A DNA stretch of 55,000 nt from Octopus bimaculoides (Eukaryota), in assembly GCF_001194135.2 (NCBI RefSeq), contig NC_069001.1, positions 29,971,676 to 30,026,675 on the forward strand. The letters run 5' to 3'. Within the stretch, counting starts at the first letter, position 1. Each line of letters opens with the position of its first letter. Below the pieces are notes generated by a model, which had not been told where the DNA came from, did not search any database, and saw nothing but the letters and a program-made list of their open reading frames with translations. Shown piece after piece: positions 1 through 13,100 of this stretch. Position numbers and translations under genes: made by a program.

Positions 1-7
1 TTTGTCG

Positions 8-49
<42 letters not shown>

Positions 50-70
50 CATACATACATATTTTGTCGT

Positions 71-101
<31 letters not shown>

Positions 102-184
102 AAAAAATGCCGTAATAGTAATCCATCCGTGAAAATTTTAGTCACCGCTATTTGTGAGTGTCGGTGGTAAAAGCACAGTCATAT

Positions 185-495
185 ACATTACGATGATGAA
201 AATTCCAACTACTCCGATTACCTGAACAACCTAATCGCGAAATTCACTTGAAAGTGGTTGAGCACTGCAGAGCCAGGAACATGCTTGCCGTAGTTCTGAA
301 GGACATTCAGAGAGACACAAAATGGGAGAAGTCTGGCCCTTTGAATTGCAGATATAACTCAATTTTGATAGTGGAGTTGATTGGAGAAAGGTAAAATGAT
401 GTTGCTTGCTCAAGAGTACGTTGTGCTGACGGGAATCGAACTCACGTCTTTACGATCGCTAGTCAAATACCCTAACCAATAATCCGCACGTCTTT
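185..495 (-). mobile_element. tRNA-derived SINE with CORE-like domain and a 3' tail shared with 3815-4140
   Basis: The minus strand reads a tRNA-like head with B box (plus strand gggaatcgaactcacg at about 432-447), a CORE-like tcttgagcaagcaac block, and a tail aligning by eye to 3960-4135. Confidence 0.75.
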
Positions 496-2863
496 CCTAT
501 ATATAAGCATATATAAGTTTATACATATATATGTATATATATGTGCGTGTATATATATATATACACATACATGTATGAGTATATATGTAGTATGTATGTA
601 TGTATGCATGTGCATCTGTGTTTGTATATATNNNNNNNNNNNNNNNNNNNNNNNNNNNNNNNNNNNNNNNNNNNNNNNNNNNNNNNNNNNNNNNNNNNNN
701 NNNNNNNNNNNNNNNNNNNNNNNNNNNNNNNNNNNNNNNNNNNNNNNNNNNNNNNNNNNNNNNNNNNNNNNNNNNNNNNNNNNNNNNNNNNNNNNNNNNN
801 NNNNNNNNNNNNNNNNNNNNNNNNNNNNNNNNNNNNNNNNNNNNNNNNNNNNNNNNNNNNNNNNNNNNNNNNNNNNNNNNNNNNNNNNNNNNNNNNNNNN
901 NNNNNNNNNNNNNNNNNNNNNNNNNNNNNNNNNNNNNNNNNNNNNNNNNNNNNNNNNNNNNNNNNNNNNNNNNNNNNNNNNNNNNNNNNNNNNNNNNNNN
1001 NNNNNNNNNNNNNNNNNNNNNNNNNNNNNNNNNNNNNNNNNNNNNNNNNNNNNNNNNNNNNNNNNNNNNNNNNNNNNNNNNNNNNNNNNNNNNNNNNNNN
1101 NNNNNNNNNNNNNNNNNNNNNNNNNNNNNNNNNNNNNNNNNNNNNNNNNNNNNNNNNNNNNNNNNNNNNNNNNNNNNNNNNNNNNNNNNNNNNNNNNNNN
1201 NNNNNNNNNNNNNNNNNNNNNNNNNNNNNNNNNNNNNNNNNNNNNNNNNNNNNNNNNNNNNNNNNNNNNNNNNNNNNNNNNNNNNNNNNNNNNNNNNNNN
1301 NNNNNNNNNNNNNNNNNNNNNNNNNNNNNNNNNNNNNNNNNNNNNNNNNNNNNNNNNNNNNNNNNNNNNNNNNNNNNNNNNNNNNNNNNNNNNNNNNNNN
1401 NNNNNNNNNNNNNNNNNNNNNNNNNNNNNNNNNNNNNNNNNNNNNNNNNNNNNNNNNNNNNNNNNNNNNNNNNNNNNNNNNNNNNNNNNNNTATATATAT
1501 ATATATATATATGTATCTATGTATATATATGCACTTGAAACAACCTTAGTTGAAAATACTCTTATGTATAACTTTTATGAAATGTATACAATCTTGGAAC
1601 TGCTCTGCCTCTAACATTCCAATGCAAAGGGTATTGTGTATGCTTATGCAAAATACAGATCATCTCCGAGAAAGACGTAGAATTGCCACACGAAGTCTAT
1701 GTCCCATTTGCGTCAAATCAAACATGAATTACCATCATATCGTAACCTAAACTGCAACTATTCCTTTCGATATACATATCAGTAAACGAAACAGGAACTG
1801 ATTATAGGAATATTATTCTGCGTAGAATGTAATTTAAATGCGCAATTGAAAGAGTTTAAGTTTAAAATGCCAGGATTTATAATATTCATATTATGTATGT
1901 CAACCAGGAATTTCTCTTGCTGTATTTTTTTTGTCTTCGAGATACTTTTGAAAAATGCTTCTAGACAAAATCATGCATTTACCCACACATGGTGTTTCGA
2001 TCTGATTTGCTAGCCTCAATACCGAATGCTACAGTTATTTTGAGTCTAGACGAAAATATATAGAACAAATCATGGGTGTGGTGGATATAAAATTCACTAA
2101 TACATACTGTTAGTCAGAACCATTTCGACACTTTAATACAAGACCGTCCATTAGTTTTCGCGTACTTTATTTACTTAACGGAATTATATCCAGTCAATTT
2201 GGCCAAACTACCGCACAATTCTTCCTTTTTTCCTGTCAATGTATTCACACCAGAACTCTGTAAATAATTCATTTTCCTATCTATGGAGAACTTTATTCAC
2301 ACTGTTACATTTTTTGTTTCATTCACACCCGTCTGTCATATTAAAATGTAACATGATTTTTCAATCCAAGCAACGATTTATCTTTCTTTTATATTGTAGG
2401 CTCCTAAGTCTTATGCTGGCTATGTGATGCATTATTTATCCATTTACAAACTCGTAACAGCCTATTTCTCCAAGATGCACGGCACAGATTCATCATTCAC
2501 TCTCACTGAAATATAGGGTCTTATTCGACGTAGAGACACCGTTATTTCAAATTCACCGTCATCTCAACAATGAATAATTTATTTAGCAATTGACACTATG
2601 CCTTATTATCAGAGAATTTCTTTGATTTCCCAAACATGATAAGATTATACGCTAGTTTTGGTAATGTATTTTTCTTAAAGTCCAGCGTAGTTTTCAGTTA
2701 CTAAATTCGGGGGAAACAACTAGGTCGGGCATACTTACATGAAGAAGGGAGTGAGATAGATAGACAGATAGATATATTGACATAGAGACAGAGAGATAGA
2801 TAGACAGGTAGACGAACGGAAAAACTACTTGCATTCTTACATACAGAGAGATATAGATACATA

Positions 2864-2939
<76 letters not shown>

Positions 2940-3814
2940 CGTTATCTATATCTTATAAAGTTGTGTGTGTATGTGTAACTATGGTTATCACAGCACCATT
3001 CGCACTAACGAGAGAAAGATTTGGAGTGTAGGCGCTGGCTGTAAAATGCCCTTTGACGTACGATATCTAAACTTTAGAATATGTCAGAGTTTGTTGTGCG
3101 CGTGCGTATGGGTTGTGTATATATGTGCATGAACATACATACATGCAGATGTGGTTAGATGTATACATATTTGTATTTGAGTGACAGAAAGCTATCGTAT
3201 TTCATATTATTTGTGGTTTTGCTTAGAAGTGGTTCTCAGAATTATGAGTAGGATTTTGAACATGCTAAGAAATACGATACGTGAAGCACATAGCGTATAT
3301 CTTTCATGGAATATTTATTTTAATATATTCTAAGTTAAACTCTAAATGCGCAGGTATTTGGATCATTGTTTGCAGCTTCATTTTGTAATGTTTATAGACA
3401 ATGTGATACGTCAAACATACCATCATTCTATAAAAAAAACTAAAACGGGATTCTCCAGGCAGTCGATTGGTTTACAATAGCATGCAAATCTCTCTAACGT
3501 TCGAATCTAGAATTTTAAAGTGGTCAAATATATGGATATGTATTCACGTAGAAATAAGAAACACAGTAAGGTACATAGAACGTTTCACTTGAATGAAAGA
3601 TGCCTTTCATGAGGCCCTCAGTGTTGCTCAACAATAGTTAGCACACTTCTGCCTAAATATAAATAAATTATGTTAATGTACAGCGGCAGAATGACATTAC
3701 ACAAAATTCCCAAATAAGATTTTCCCTTTTATTTGGAAGATATATTCGGTAAACAACTGGCTACTGTTACTATTGGGTTCTGTAGGATAACGCTTTCGTG
3801 AACATTCTCAGTCT

Positions 3815-4140
3815 TGTGAAGGCATGTGGCTTAATGATTAGTGGTAGATTTCTATTGATCAGGAAGTCGGGAGTTCAATACCCGCTGGAGGAGAGTTGTG
3901 TCTTTGAGTGGGACACTTTATTTCACGTCGCTCCAGTCCATTCAGCTGGCAAAAATAATCTGTCCCTGTATTTCAAGGGGCCAGTTTTATCACATTCCCT
4001 CTCACGCTGAATCATTCTGAAAACTACATTAAAGCAACGCATGTCTTTGGAGTGTTCATTTGCATGTTAATTTCTCGAGTGCGCTGTTCCTTTGATCGGA
4101 TCAACTTGAACCCTTGCTATCGTAACTGATAGAGTGTCAG
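3815..4140 (+). mobile_element. tRNA/CORE-type SINE, near full length
   Basis: A-box-like tggcttaatgattag, B-box-like gagttcaatacc, CORE-like gtgtctttgagtgggacactttatttcacgtcgctccagtccattcagctg, then tail cacgctgaatc...gatcggatcaacttgaaccc. Confidence 0.8.
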
Positions 4141-4162
4141 CTTTAGTTTGCCTCTTAGCAAA

Positions 4163-4380
4163 GGCGGAGAGCTGGGAGAAACGTCAGCACGCCGGGCGAA
4201 ATACTTAGTGCTATTTCGTCTGTCTTCACGTTCTGAGTTCAAATCCCATTGAAGTCGACTTTGCTTTTCATCCTTTCAGGGTCGATACATTAAGTACAAG
4301 TTGCGTACTCGGGTCAATCTAATCGACTGGTCTCCTCCCCCAAAACATTTCGGGCCTTGTACATAGAGTAGAAAAGATTC
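4163..4380 (+). mobile_element. tRNA-derived SINE (GGCGGCGAGCTGGCAGAA family, tail type 2)
   Basis: Head ggcggagagctgggagaaacgtcagcacgccgggcgaaat, B box gagttcaaatcc, central ttgcttttcatcctttcagggtcgata, tail cccccaaaacatttcgggccttgtacatagagtagaaaag. Confidence 0.88.
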
Positions 4381-4707
4381 TTCCTCTTAGCAACTATTAT
4401 TTGCTAATCAGTACATCAATACGTCCGCACCCGCCAAAGTCCTTGTCTCCTTTGGATGACCTCATGATATACTTGATGTCAGGATGTTACTATCCATATT
4501 TTCAACAAAAGAGTATTCCGAATGGAAAAGACACGACCTCGTATTCAGCGTAGATTACTATGCATTTGCTTATATGTGCAGTGTATGAGTGAGATTGCAA
4601 ATAGAATAAGTGATTGTTGGTTTCTACCAATGCTTTATTAACACTGTCAGAACCAAAGCCACATTTTCTTCTTAAGTATTTAAACTTAAAGGCCAGCCAG
4701 CAGGAAT

Positions 4708-4898
4708 AATGGTTTCAAATTTTGCGACAAGAGCAGCAATTTTGGAGAAGGGATTAGGTCGGTTATATCGACTCCGAAATGATGAATGGCAAAGTCAAAG
4801 TCGACCTCGGTGGAATTTGAACTCAGAACAAAGTGGCTGACGAAATATCGATAATGATTTCGTCCGACGTGCTAAAAATTCTGCCAGCTCGCCGCCTT
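4708..4898 (-). mobile_element. Same SINE family, internally deleted copy, tail type 3
   Basis: Reverse complement of the family: ggaatttgaactcagaac ... ttctgccagctcgccgcc. Confidence 0.85.
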
Positions 4899-5735
4899 CA
4901 GCAAACAGAAATTATGACGGCAATCCATTTCTCCAACACAAACAATTTTCAAGTTATAAAACCCTGTGACTTTACATACAGATTTGTGGATATTCCACAT
5001 TTTATTAATTGTTTAATGCGTTAATTAAAAGACTCTCATAACCTAGTTTTATTTTGCTGAATATTATGATTATAACGTAACTTCTTTTGTATGTGTTTGA
5101 ATTTTCATGGTGCGCATTAGAAATTATTTGATTTTGTCATAGATTTAGGACAAAGTTTTAGTTAGATTTTCGATTGCTTTGTTACGTGGCACGGCTTTGA
5201 AGCGAAACATTCGAATTTTATTCGTGATGTTAAAAATTACGACAGTCTTCAAATACTTTTTGTATTGTTACATTAGCTGAAAGCGTAACACTCGACCACA
5301 TATGACGGAGTGAATAAAATAATAGGTGAAATATACGTTATTAGGCTAAATCAGAGACGCCTGTAATTAGTTATAAGATGATTTGAAATCAGCTAACATT
5401 TACTATAGATCTCTATGATTACAGGTTCTTAAAAATGATGTACATCAGCCAGGTAATTTAACGATGGATACGGGTGTACATTCAACGAATATTTATGACT
5501 ATAAATAATCCAAGGTTAGAAATCGTATGTAGAATCAGTAGAGCAGCAGAGAGAATACCTTGTGAAATACATTTACGTTCCATTGAGTTCTGAGATCTAT
5601 GGCCTAGAGATTCGAGATTTTCTTTCATCTGTTCCACGGTCGATAAAGTATGTACCGGCCAAGTACTTCCAATGATCTAATAAACCATACGCTTTCACGG
5701 ATTCCGGATATACATGATTGCAGTGAATCCGTAGG

Positions 5736-5925
5736 TATTAGCAGTATCGTTATTGTACTGTATTGAAAAAAACTTGCGCTTATGTTTCCGGATCTCTGTG
5801 TAATAAGATAAAATCTCGATTGGTACAAATTTTATATTGGTAGTAACGTTATTGCACTGTGTAACAGAAACTTACGTAAGGTATCCGCATCTCTGTGCAA
5901 TAAGATCAAATCTCAATTTGGACAG
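5736..5925. repeat. Diverged two-copy tandem duplication, 99-bp period
   Basis: tattagcagtatcgttattgtactgt...ccggatctctgtgtaataagataaaatctcgattgg (from 5736) versus tattggtagtaacgttattgcactgt...ccgcatctctgtgcaataagatcaaatctcaatttgg (from 5835). Confidence 0.85.
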
Positions 5926-6724
5926 TTGTGCGTTTTAGGGGTTTATAAATAACGTATTCGTTAAAGGTGCTGTTGTGAATGAATATTACTTAAGAATAAA
6001 CACTAAGAAATGTATTTCAACGCTTCAGATAACAAGGTGAGCTTCATATTACCACTATAACAAATGAAGTCCAAACTGAAAATTTCTTGATTTATGAACA
6101 TCAATTTAGTGAAGAGACATGCTGTGGAAGCCGAATCAGAGATGAATGTAAACCTGATCCGCGCAAGTTGAGATCTATTTCGTTTTAATTTCATCATTCA
6201 ATTCTTTTCTTTTTTTAAAATTTCGTGTAGGTGTTTGTGTGTCATAAATATTCAGTATGAAGCAAAATTACAAGCAGTCTGTTCAAAGGATTTTATTCTA
6301 TATCCCTTCCAGTATTTGTGGTGGATAATGGATTGTTCATCCTTATTGTTAAGTTGTCTAGTTGCTAGATTTGTTAGAGAGTTGCTAAAATGTTTTCTTC
6401 TGACTGTTCATGTGCAGATATCAAAACTGGTTGAAGTCAATTCTCGATTCATTCTTCTACTTGAAGGAATTAAATTTTGTGGTCTATTAGCATCATTTGA
6501 TTCTCAAAAAATTAGATGAGTCATCGTTCTCTGAGACATTGCGATTTTAGATTTTTTTATTTAAATAAAAGCACATATTAACTTTGGGATACTTGAATTA
6601 CAATTACCTCCCTCCTGTACATTTAAATTATTTTTCTTGATGCAACAGTACATTTTAAAGTTTTATCTTATATATGTGTGCGTTTGTGTATATGTGTAGT
6701 TGTGTGTCTGTGTCTATATATAAT

Positions 6725-6779
<55 letters not shown>

Positions 6780-7179
6780 TTCTTGACTGGTCTTTCTAGC
6801 ATGTAAGAAGTCCTATCTATGGTTTTCGTTTCATGTATTTATACACTCTGAGAAAAAAATATTTTACGACATGACTTTTATTATACATGTGGATCTTGGT
6901 CAGTTTCCTGTTGCTCGACGAACTACTTCAGAAGCACGCTTTCCTTCTTTGAGGAATTGTAATTTTTCCGTTAGAGTATTATTGTACTTAAATTGTATCT
7001 ACAAATTTTCATATTGAATTAACGTTAATTTGCTTCCAGTGTGTTAATTTATGTAGATATGCGTGTAAACTTCAATAATTCTTCCACATGAAATGGCATA
7101 ACCTCCTACGAATTTCTTCTAGTTTAAACTGCGTGATTCAGTGCAGGCTACAAGTCATTGAACGATGAGTAGGAAATGA

Positions 7180-7356
7180 TATATTGGCTTTCAATTTTGT
7201 GGCAAAGCCAACGATTTTAAGGGAGAGGATAAGACGATTACATCGACTGCTGTGCTCAACTGGTACGTATTTAATCAACCCCGAGAGGATGAAATACAAA
7301 GTCAACTTCGGTGGAATTCTAAAGCTGAAAAAAAAGACGTGCTAACGATTCAGCTA
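7180..7356 (-). mobile_element. GGCGGCGAGCTGGCAGAA-family SINE, decayed
   Basis: gattacatcgac...ctggtacgtatttaatcaaccccgagaggatgaaatacaaagtcaacttcggtggaatt matches the reverse of the family core. Confidence 0.75.
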
Positions 7357-7384
7357 GTTAGAGGTCTTAATAATATCTAATATA

Positions 7385-7591
7385 TTCGATTGCAATTTTG
7401 GCACAAGGCCAGCAGTTTCGGGAAAGGTTGTAAGTCGGTTACATCGATCAAATATTAATTATTTTAACAATACCTAAAGGATGAAATGCAATGGTGACCT
7501 CGTCGGAATTTGAACTCAGACTGTTGAAATGGCCGAAATACAGCAAAGCAGTTGAGCCGACGTTCTACTGCTTCTGCGAGCTCTACGCCTT
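7385..7591 (-). mobile_element. GGCGGCGAGCTGGCAGAA-family SINE
   Basis: aaggatgaaatgcaatggtgacctcgtcggaatttgaactcagac ... ttctgcgagctctacgcctt. Confidence 0.8.
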
Positions 7592-7636
7592 AACAAAATG
7601 TAATATATTGATATCATTATTTAAGTCAGCGTAAAG

Positions 7637-7830
7637 TTGGTGATCTCGCAGACTCGTTAGCACGCTGGACGAAATGTTTTGCGGTACTTCGCCAGTTGTT
7701 ACGTTCTGAGTTCGAATTTTGCCGAGGTCGACTTTGCCTTTCGGGGTTGATAAAATAAGTAGTAATTGAACACTTGGGTCGATTCATCCATCCCCCAAAA
7801 TCGCTACCGTTGTGGCAAATTTTGAAACAA
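7637..7830 (+). mobile_element. GGCGGCGAGCTGGCAGAA-family SINE
   Basis: cgttagcacgctggacgaaatg...gttctgagttcgaattttgccgaggtcgactttgcctttcggggttgataaaataagta, tail type 3. Confidence 0.85.
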
Positions 7831-7967
7831 ATTTATTAAAATCATAACAATGATTTTAAAAAATCTGTCATATAGGACAACATTCTTCTCAAAAGGAAAC
7901 ATGTAAAAAAATTCTAGAATTACAGTTGGCTAAATAGATTTTTAGTAAAAGGGGTGATTTAAGATGT

Positions 7968-8332
7968 TTCTTGGACAAGTGTCTTCTACTATAGCCTCGG
8001 GCCTACCGAAGCCTTGTGAGTGGATTTGGCAGACGGAAACTGAACAGAAACCCGTCGTATAGATATATATAAAAAAAAAATATATATGTATATGTGTGCG
8101 TGTGTGTATATGTGTCTGTGTGTGTATATGTGTCTGTGTCTTATGTTCTCGCGCCATCGTTTGACAAACGATGTTGGTGTGTTCCATCACTGTAACTTAG
8201 CGGTTCGGCAAATATCCCAATAAAATAGGTACTGAGCTTACAAAGATTAAATCCTCAGGCCGATTTCTTCAATTATACGTGGTGCTCCAGCATGGCCGTT
8301 GTCAAATGAGTAACACAAGTAAAAGAATAAAA
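7968..8332 (+). mobile_element. CORE-type composite SINE with internal microsatellite (5' truncated)
   Basis: ttggacaagtgtcttctactatagcctcgggcc...ggaaactgaa, (TA/TG)n, then gtaacttagcggttcggcaaa ... ggtgctccagcatggccg...acaagtaaaagaataaaa. Confidence 0.88.
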
Positions 8333-8927
8333 CAATATGCCATTCACCCATACATCGATCTCAAAGCTGCCAAGTTACAGCATAACTGGCAGATTCAATT
8401 TATGAGATCTGTTTTCATTTATTCTTTGAAGCATTTCCTCCTGTTTTGCTAATTAAGTGAATAACAATGAAAGAGTTCCCAAAATCTAACAGTATGATAA
8501 CATCCTGACTATAATACTTAAGATGAAATGGGCATCTTAATGTTTAATACTTCAATATTTTAACCAAGATGTGAAGAAAATTACATCGCGTTGAATGATC
8601 TGGATCCCACTACAAACGATGCTTCAGTAGAAAATGTCATCACTTCAAGAACATTCTCGTATTCCAAACAGTGAAGGGCACTAACATGAGAGGATAATTC
8701 TATCATGTCACAACCGTTCAGTTAAAAGCTCATCGTGTAATACAGCAAAATTTCACGTTCACGATTTTACGGCGGATATTTGCGACAAAGCTACAAACAA
8801 AGCTATGTTGAAAGTCTCACAGAAAGGATAACCTGCTGCCAGTAATATAATGCAAAATTGTTTCATGCATGAGAGAATATCAAACAAATTTAAGTTGTCT
8901 CCTCACAATGTCAAAACGTAATATGTA

Positions 8928-8992
<65 letters not shown>

Positions 8993-9563
8993 TCAAAATG
9001 TATTAAAAATATATAGATATAAATAAATATTAAAATATATATTAAAACTTTACGAGAATATATACCTATATTTACTTTTAAAAGCGATATGAAAGTAGGA
9101 AGTTGAAATGTAACATTGTAAATCCAAAAGATTTGTAACTAGCTTATAATCTAGATATATAAAAATATACCTAAATGGATTTATTTTTATATACCCACAT
9201 TTTAAGAGAGTTACTAAGCTTTTGGATTTACAATATGCTATGTTCTCATTTCCTATTTTAATATCGTTTTTAAAAGTGTGACTATATATTTTCGTAGTTT
9301 TAATGTGTTCATAATATATCTATATAGTTTTAATGTATTTTATATATATATAATTTTTTCAGCACACAATCTGGTGCATATGATTTTAAAACTGAGTATA
9401 TTTTTATAACTTATCCTTTGTCTCTCTTTAGTATTTCTCTATCTCTCTCCCTTTCTCACTGATTCTCTCGCTCTCTTTCTGTATACATATATCAATAATA
9501 ATAAAGTTTATTACGAAGTAGCATACTATTGCGTTTAATTCCTATATATACATATATATATTT

Positions 9564-9601
<38 letters not shown>

Positions 9602-9629
9602 NNNNNNNNNNATCCAATTTCTCCAACTA

Positions 9630-9700
9630 AAATCCTTGAAGGTAGTGCTCCAGCATGGCCGCAGTCATATGACTGAAATGTGTATCAGAATTAAAGAATA
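9630..9700 (+). mobile_element. 3' tail fragment of the composite CORE SINE
   Basis: gtgctccagcatggccgcagtcatatgactgaaa, the same tail as in the 7968 and 38033 copies. Confidence 0.7.
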
Positions 9701-9728
9701 TATATTTGTGTGCGTCTGTGTGAGTGTT

Positions 9729-9774
<46 letters not shown>

Positions 9775-10346
9775 CACACGCACATATTAGTAAGTATTTT
9801 GCTATATAAATACACGCTTGTTTGTCAATTTACTTTTGCATAAACACCTCACACACGTATGCAAACACATTAGATATATTCATACATCCATGTAATTTTG
9901 AAGAAGAAAATTAAGGCGACGGTAAAAGAGAAAAATAATGAGTTATAACGTATCTGGGAGCTTCATTTAACCCTAGACCTTCTTCAATGATGAAATGATA
10001 TAAATGAATTCATGCGACTATAAAATATGTTTGCATGAGAAAATCCTATTACTTTATTTCACACACANNNNNNNNNNNNNNNNNNNNNNNNNNNNNNNNN
10101 NNNNNNNNNNNNNNNNNNNNNNNNNNNNNNNNNNNNNNNNNNNNNNNNNNNNNNNNNNNNNNNNNNNNNNNNNNNNNNNNNNNNNNNNNNNNNNNNNNNN
10201 NNNNNNNNNNNNNNNNNNNNNNNNNNNNNNNNNNNNNNNNNNNNNNNNNNNNNNNNNNNNNNNNNNNNNNNNNNNNNNNNNNNNNNNNNNNNNNNNNNNN
10301 NNNNNNNNNNNNNNNNNNNNNNNNNNNNNNNNNNNNNNNNNNNNNN

Positions 10347-10384
<38 letters not shown>

Positions 10385-10776
10385 CGAAATGTTTGGGCAA
10401 AGAAATTTTCTGAAGCTCGATATTGTATTATGAGAATTACAAGTCTCGGCAGATTCACTTTGATACTGTAAATGATACGAACAATCGTGTTTCATCATGT
10501 TTGCTTTGCTGTTACGTCTTTGAGAGCTTTCAACTCATCGACAATAATTCGGTTTACGACGGAAAATCTGCTGCCAAATGGGAATACACCACAATCTGCG
10601 ATGTTATGCGTGGGTTTCACTTTTTAGATATCTGCAATAATTATCGGATGTTCTGTCTGTTTCTCCCACTGTCTTACTCTGTCCGTGAGTATGTGTATTT
10701 CTGTCCCTCACNNNNNNNNNNGTCCGTGAGTATGTGTATTTCTGTCCCTCACTCAGCGCCTTACACATCTTTTCTA

Positions 10777-10810
<34 letters not shown>

Positions 10811-11000
10811 AATATATCGTATGTTTGTATCTATCAATGTCAAACTATTTTTCTATCAAACTATACATCTATCTACCTTCCAATTTATCGAGTTATACAT
10901 ACACATAAACATATAAATATACATACATACATACACATATACACCTACATCCACCCACCCACCTGCACGCACAGATGTATATACATATTATCTATATGTA

Positions 11001-11055
<55 letters not shown>

Positions 11056-11182
11056 NNNNNNNNNNNNNNNNNNNNNNNNNNNNNNNNNNNNNNNNNNNNN
11101 NNNNNNNNNNNNNNNNNNNNNNNNNNATATATGCACACACACACACACACACACACTCTTACATATAGTATAAATACGTATA

Positions 11183-11500
11183 CTAACAATAAACCCCGGT
11201 GTTGCACGGGGCTATGACCTACAGCCCTATTGTAACATTTGTTCCTTTCTAATGGGTTGTATCGGCATACGAGGAGTATGAACCAAAAAAACTCTTCTCT
11301 GTCAACATGTTTTTCGGTCATTTTCGGATGAACTCTCACACACACATACACACAGATGTCTTTGTGGTAAATAGAAGTCAAATCTCTCCCATCCATATAC
11401 CAATAGAAAGACACAGATTCACAGTAGTTGAGGAAGAAAGACACAAGCATACTTCACATTAAAATGATGTATAATAATTTTAAACACTTTTAATTCTTAT
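11183..11500 (-). mobile_element. Helitron-type 3' terminus (non-autonomous fragment)
   Basis: The minus strand ends ccccgtgcaacaccgggg (GC-rich hairpin), then tttattg, TTAG and T. This is the subterminal hairpin plus CTRR-like end inserted before T. The upstream limit is uncertain. Confidence 0.65.
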
Positions 11501-11544
11501 AAATTTGACGGTATATCGTATTGCATATTCCTATTTCTGTAAAA

Positions 11545-13100
11545 ACTAATTAATTTTTCTTTTATTTTAAATGGATGATAGAATCATTAACAGGTTATTA
11601 GTTAAAATAAAACCAACTGGGACATGTTTGTAATTAATAATTTGGCTATATTTATTATCATTGTTAAACTGGTTAGAAATATACTTGTACATAGATTTGT
11701 ATTAAATTATTTTTAATTTGCATAGCATATGGAATAATAGACCAAAGCATATCAGATTCTTCAGAATTATTTTTAGAGAGTTTATGATCTATTTTTGATT
11801 TAGTAAAATTTATGGAAGGGATATATGATATATTGTTTTCTATTGCGAGTATTATGTGTATTATCAATCGAATGAGCATTCAAGGGAGATATCGGTTCGT
11901 TATTTTCATCCGATTTATTATTTACATGTTTGTCGTTTTATTTGCAATTATTTGTCAGCTGCTTACTATTTATATTATATTTTACAATTATTAAATATTA
12001 GTTCGTTTTTTTTTCTAAATGGTGTCTTCTATCTCTTGCGGGATGTTTAGTTATTTCGAGTTTATTATTATTGCTATTTAACACTTTATTATCAGACGAT
12101 TTATTAGTTTGATTTTCCTGATACGATTGTTTTTAGCCTTGATTGAATTAGCAATCTTTTCAGTTTTAGTTCCTGTCGTATAATTAATACTGTTATATAT
12201 AATTTTATCATTTGGTGGATGACATTTTGTTTTTTCTCTATATTCAGCTTTAGCTAGAATCATATTGTAAATTTCTCCATGTTTTGCAAATATTTCTTCA
12301 TTGTATGATACATTTAACATTGTTTTCCCTATGTTGGAAAGTAACGTGTTTTTAATTGATCCTTCTTGATAACAGAAATTAATGTAGCTTAAATGCGTAT
12401 TTAATCTGTGAAAAGGTTCTTGTTTGCCAGTTATAAGGTGGCAATTAACACCAAGATTTAACTGAGTTAATATACTTTTCAATAGAGATGGATAGTCCGC
12501 ATCTTACCATAAATAATTCTAATTTTCTGTTAGAAGTATTTTTAATGAGAAATAATGCATCATCCTTACATAATCATCACTTAATTCCGCGAAATTCAAC
12601 ATGCAAGTTATACAAAAAATAAATTCCGACAAGATCTCTTACCTGGGTTGAAGCAGGGCTTCCATTGTAATGTCGAAATAATTAGGTGCGTCTATTCTAA
12701 TCCAATATTTATTATCAAAGTAAATAAGGGATTTCTCGAGCAACTAGGATACCATTAATTTCCTTCATATTACGGTTAGTATAATTTCTGGCAAAAAGAA
12801 GGGCTTTGTTTAGTACAATAGGTTCATAGAGGAATAATATTTGCCAATGTCTATTTCTAAAAAGCTATATTTATCCTTATTTTCAATATTACAAAACTAA
12901 TTAACAGCTGCTTGAGTATTAGACCGTAGTTCGAGAGATATTTTATTTCTGAAAATGGGTATATGTTTATCTAAAACAACTTTACTTTAACTATTCCGAC
13001 TATCCAGGTAATGTTAATAAAACCCTAGGTTTCGTTAGGAAGATATTTATGTCTCATAGGAATAAACGGTTTAGTTCTATCATCAATGCGGGATGCATAC
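11545..13100 (-). pseudogene. Decayed Penelope-like element reverse transcriptase, thumb and linker
   Basis: Manual minus-strand translation across stops and frameshifts: LDKHIPIFRNK..NIENKDKYSFLEIDIGKYYSS (about 12851); LNKALLFARNY; FDITM/GSPASTQVRDLVGIYFL (about 12677); *LCKDDAL (decayed GLYRDDG, DD at 12559-12564); HLITGKQEPF..LSYIN; SYNEEIFAKHGEIYNMILAKAEY; RKQYIIY; DNKYSQIINYKHVPVGFILTNNLLMILSS. Motif order matches PLE RTs of marine invertebrates. No GIY-YIG seen. Confidence 0.85.

Noticed and set aside
2945-3000. Possible Helitron 5' start (A|TCTATATCTTATAAAG then TG repeat)
   Set aside because: Too short, and no matching 3' hairpin or CTRR end was identified nearby.
6003-6530. Coding-looking ORFs and several splice-like sites
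   Set aside because: No consistent acceptor-donor pair with an open frame and no recognisable domain.
12568-12582. In-frame TGA TGA in the PLE RT as possible selenocysteine codons
   Set aside because: The second TGA sits where GGA (Gly of GLYRDD) is expected, and the copy also has TAA/TAG stops and frameshifts, so this is decay.
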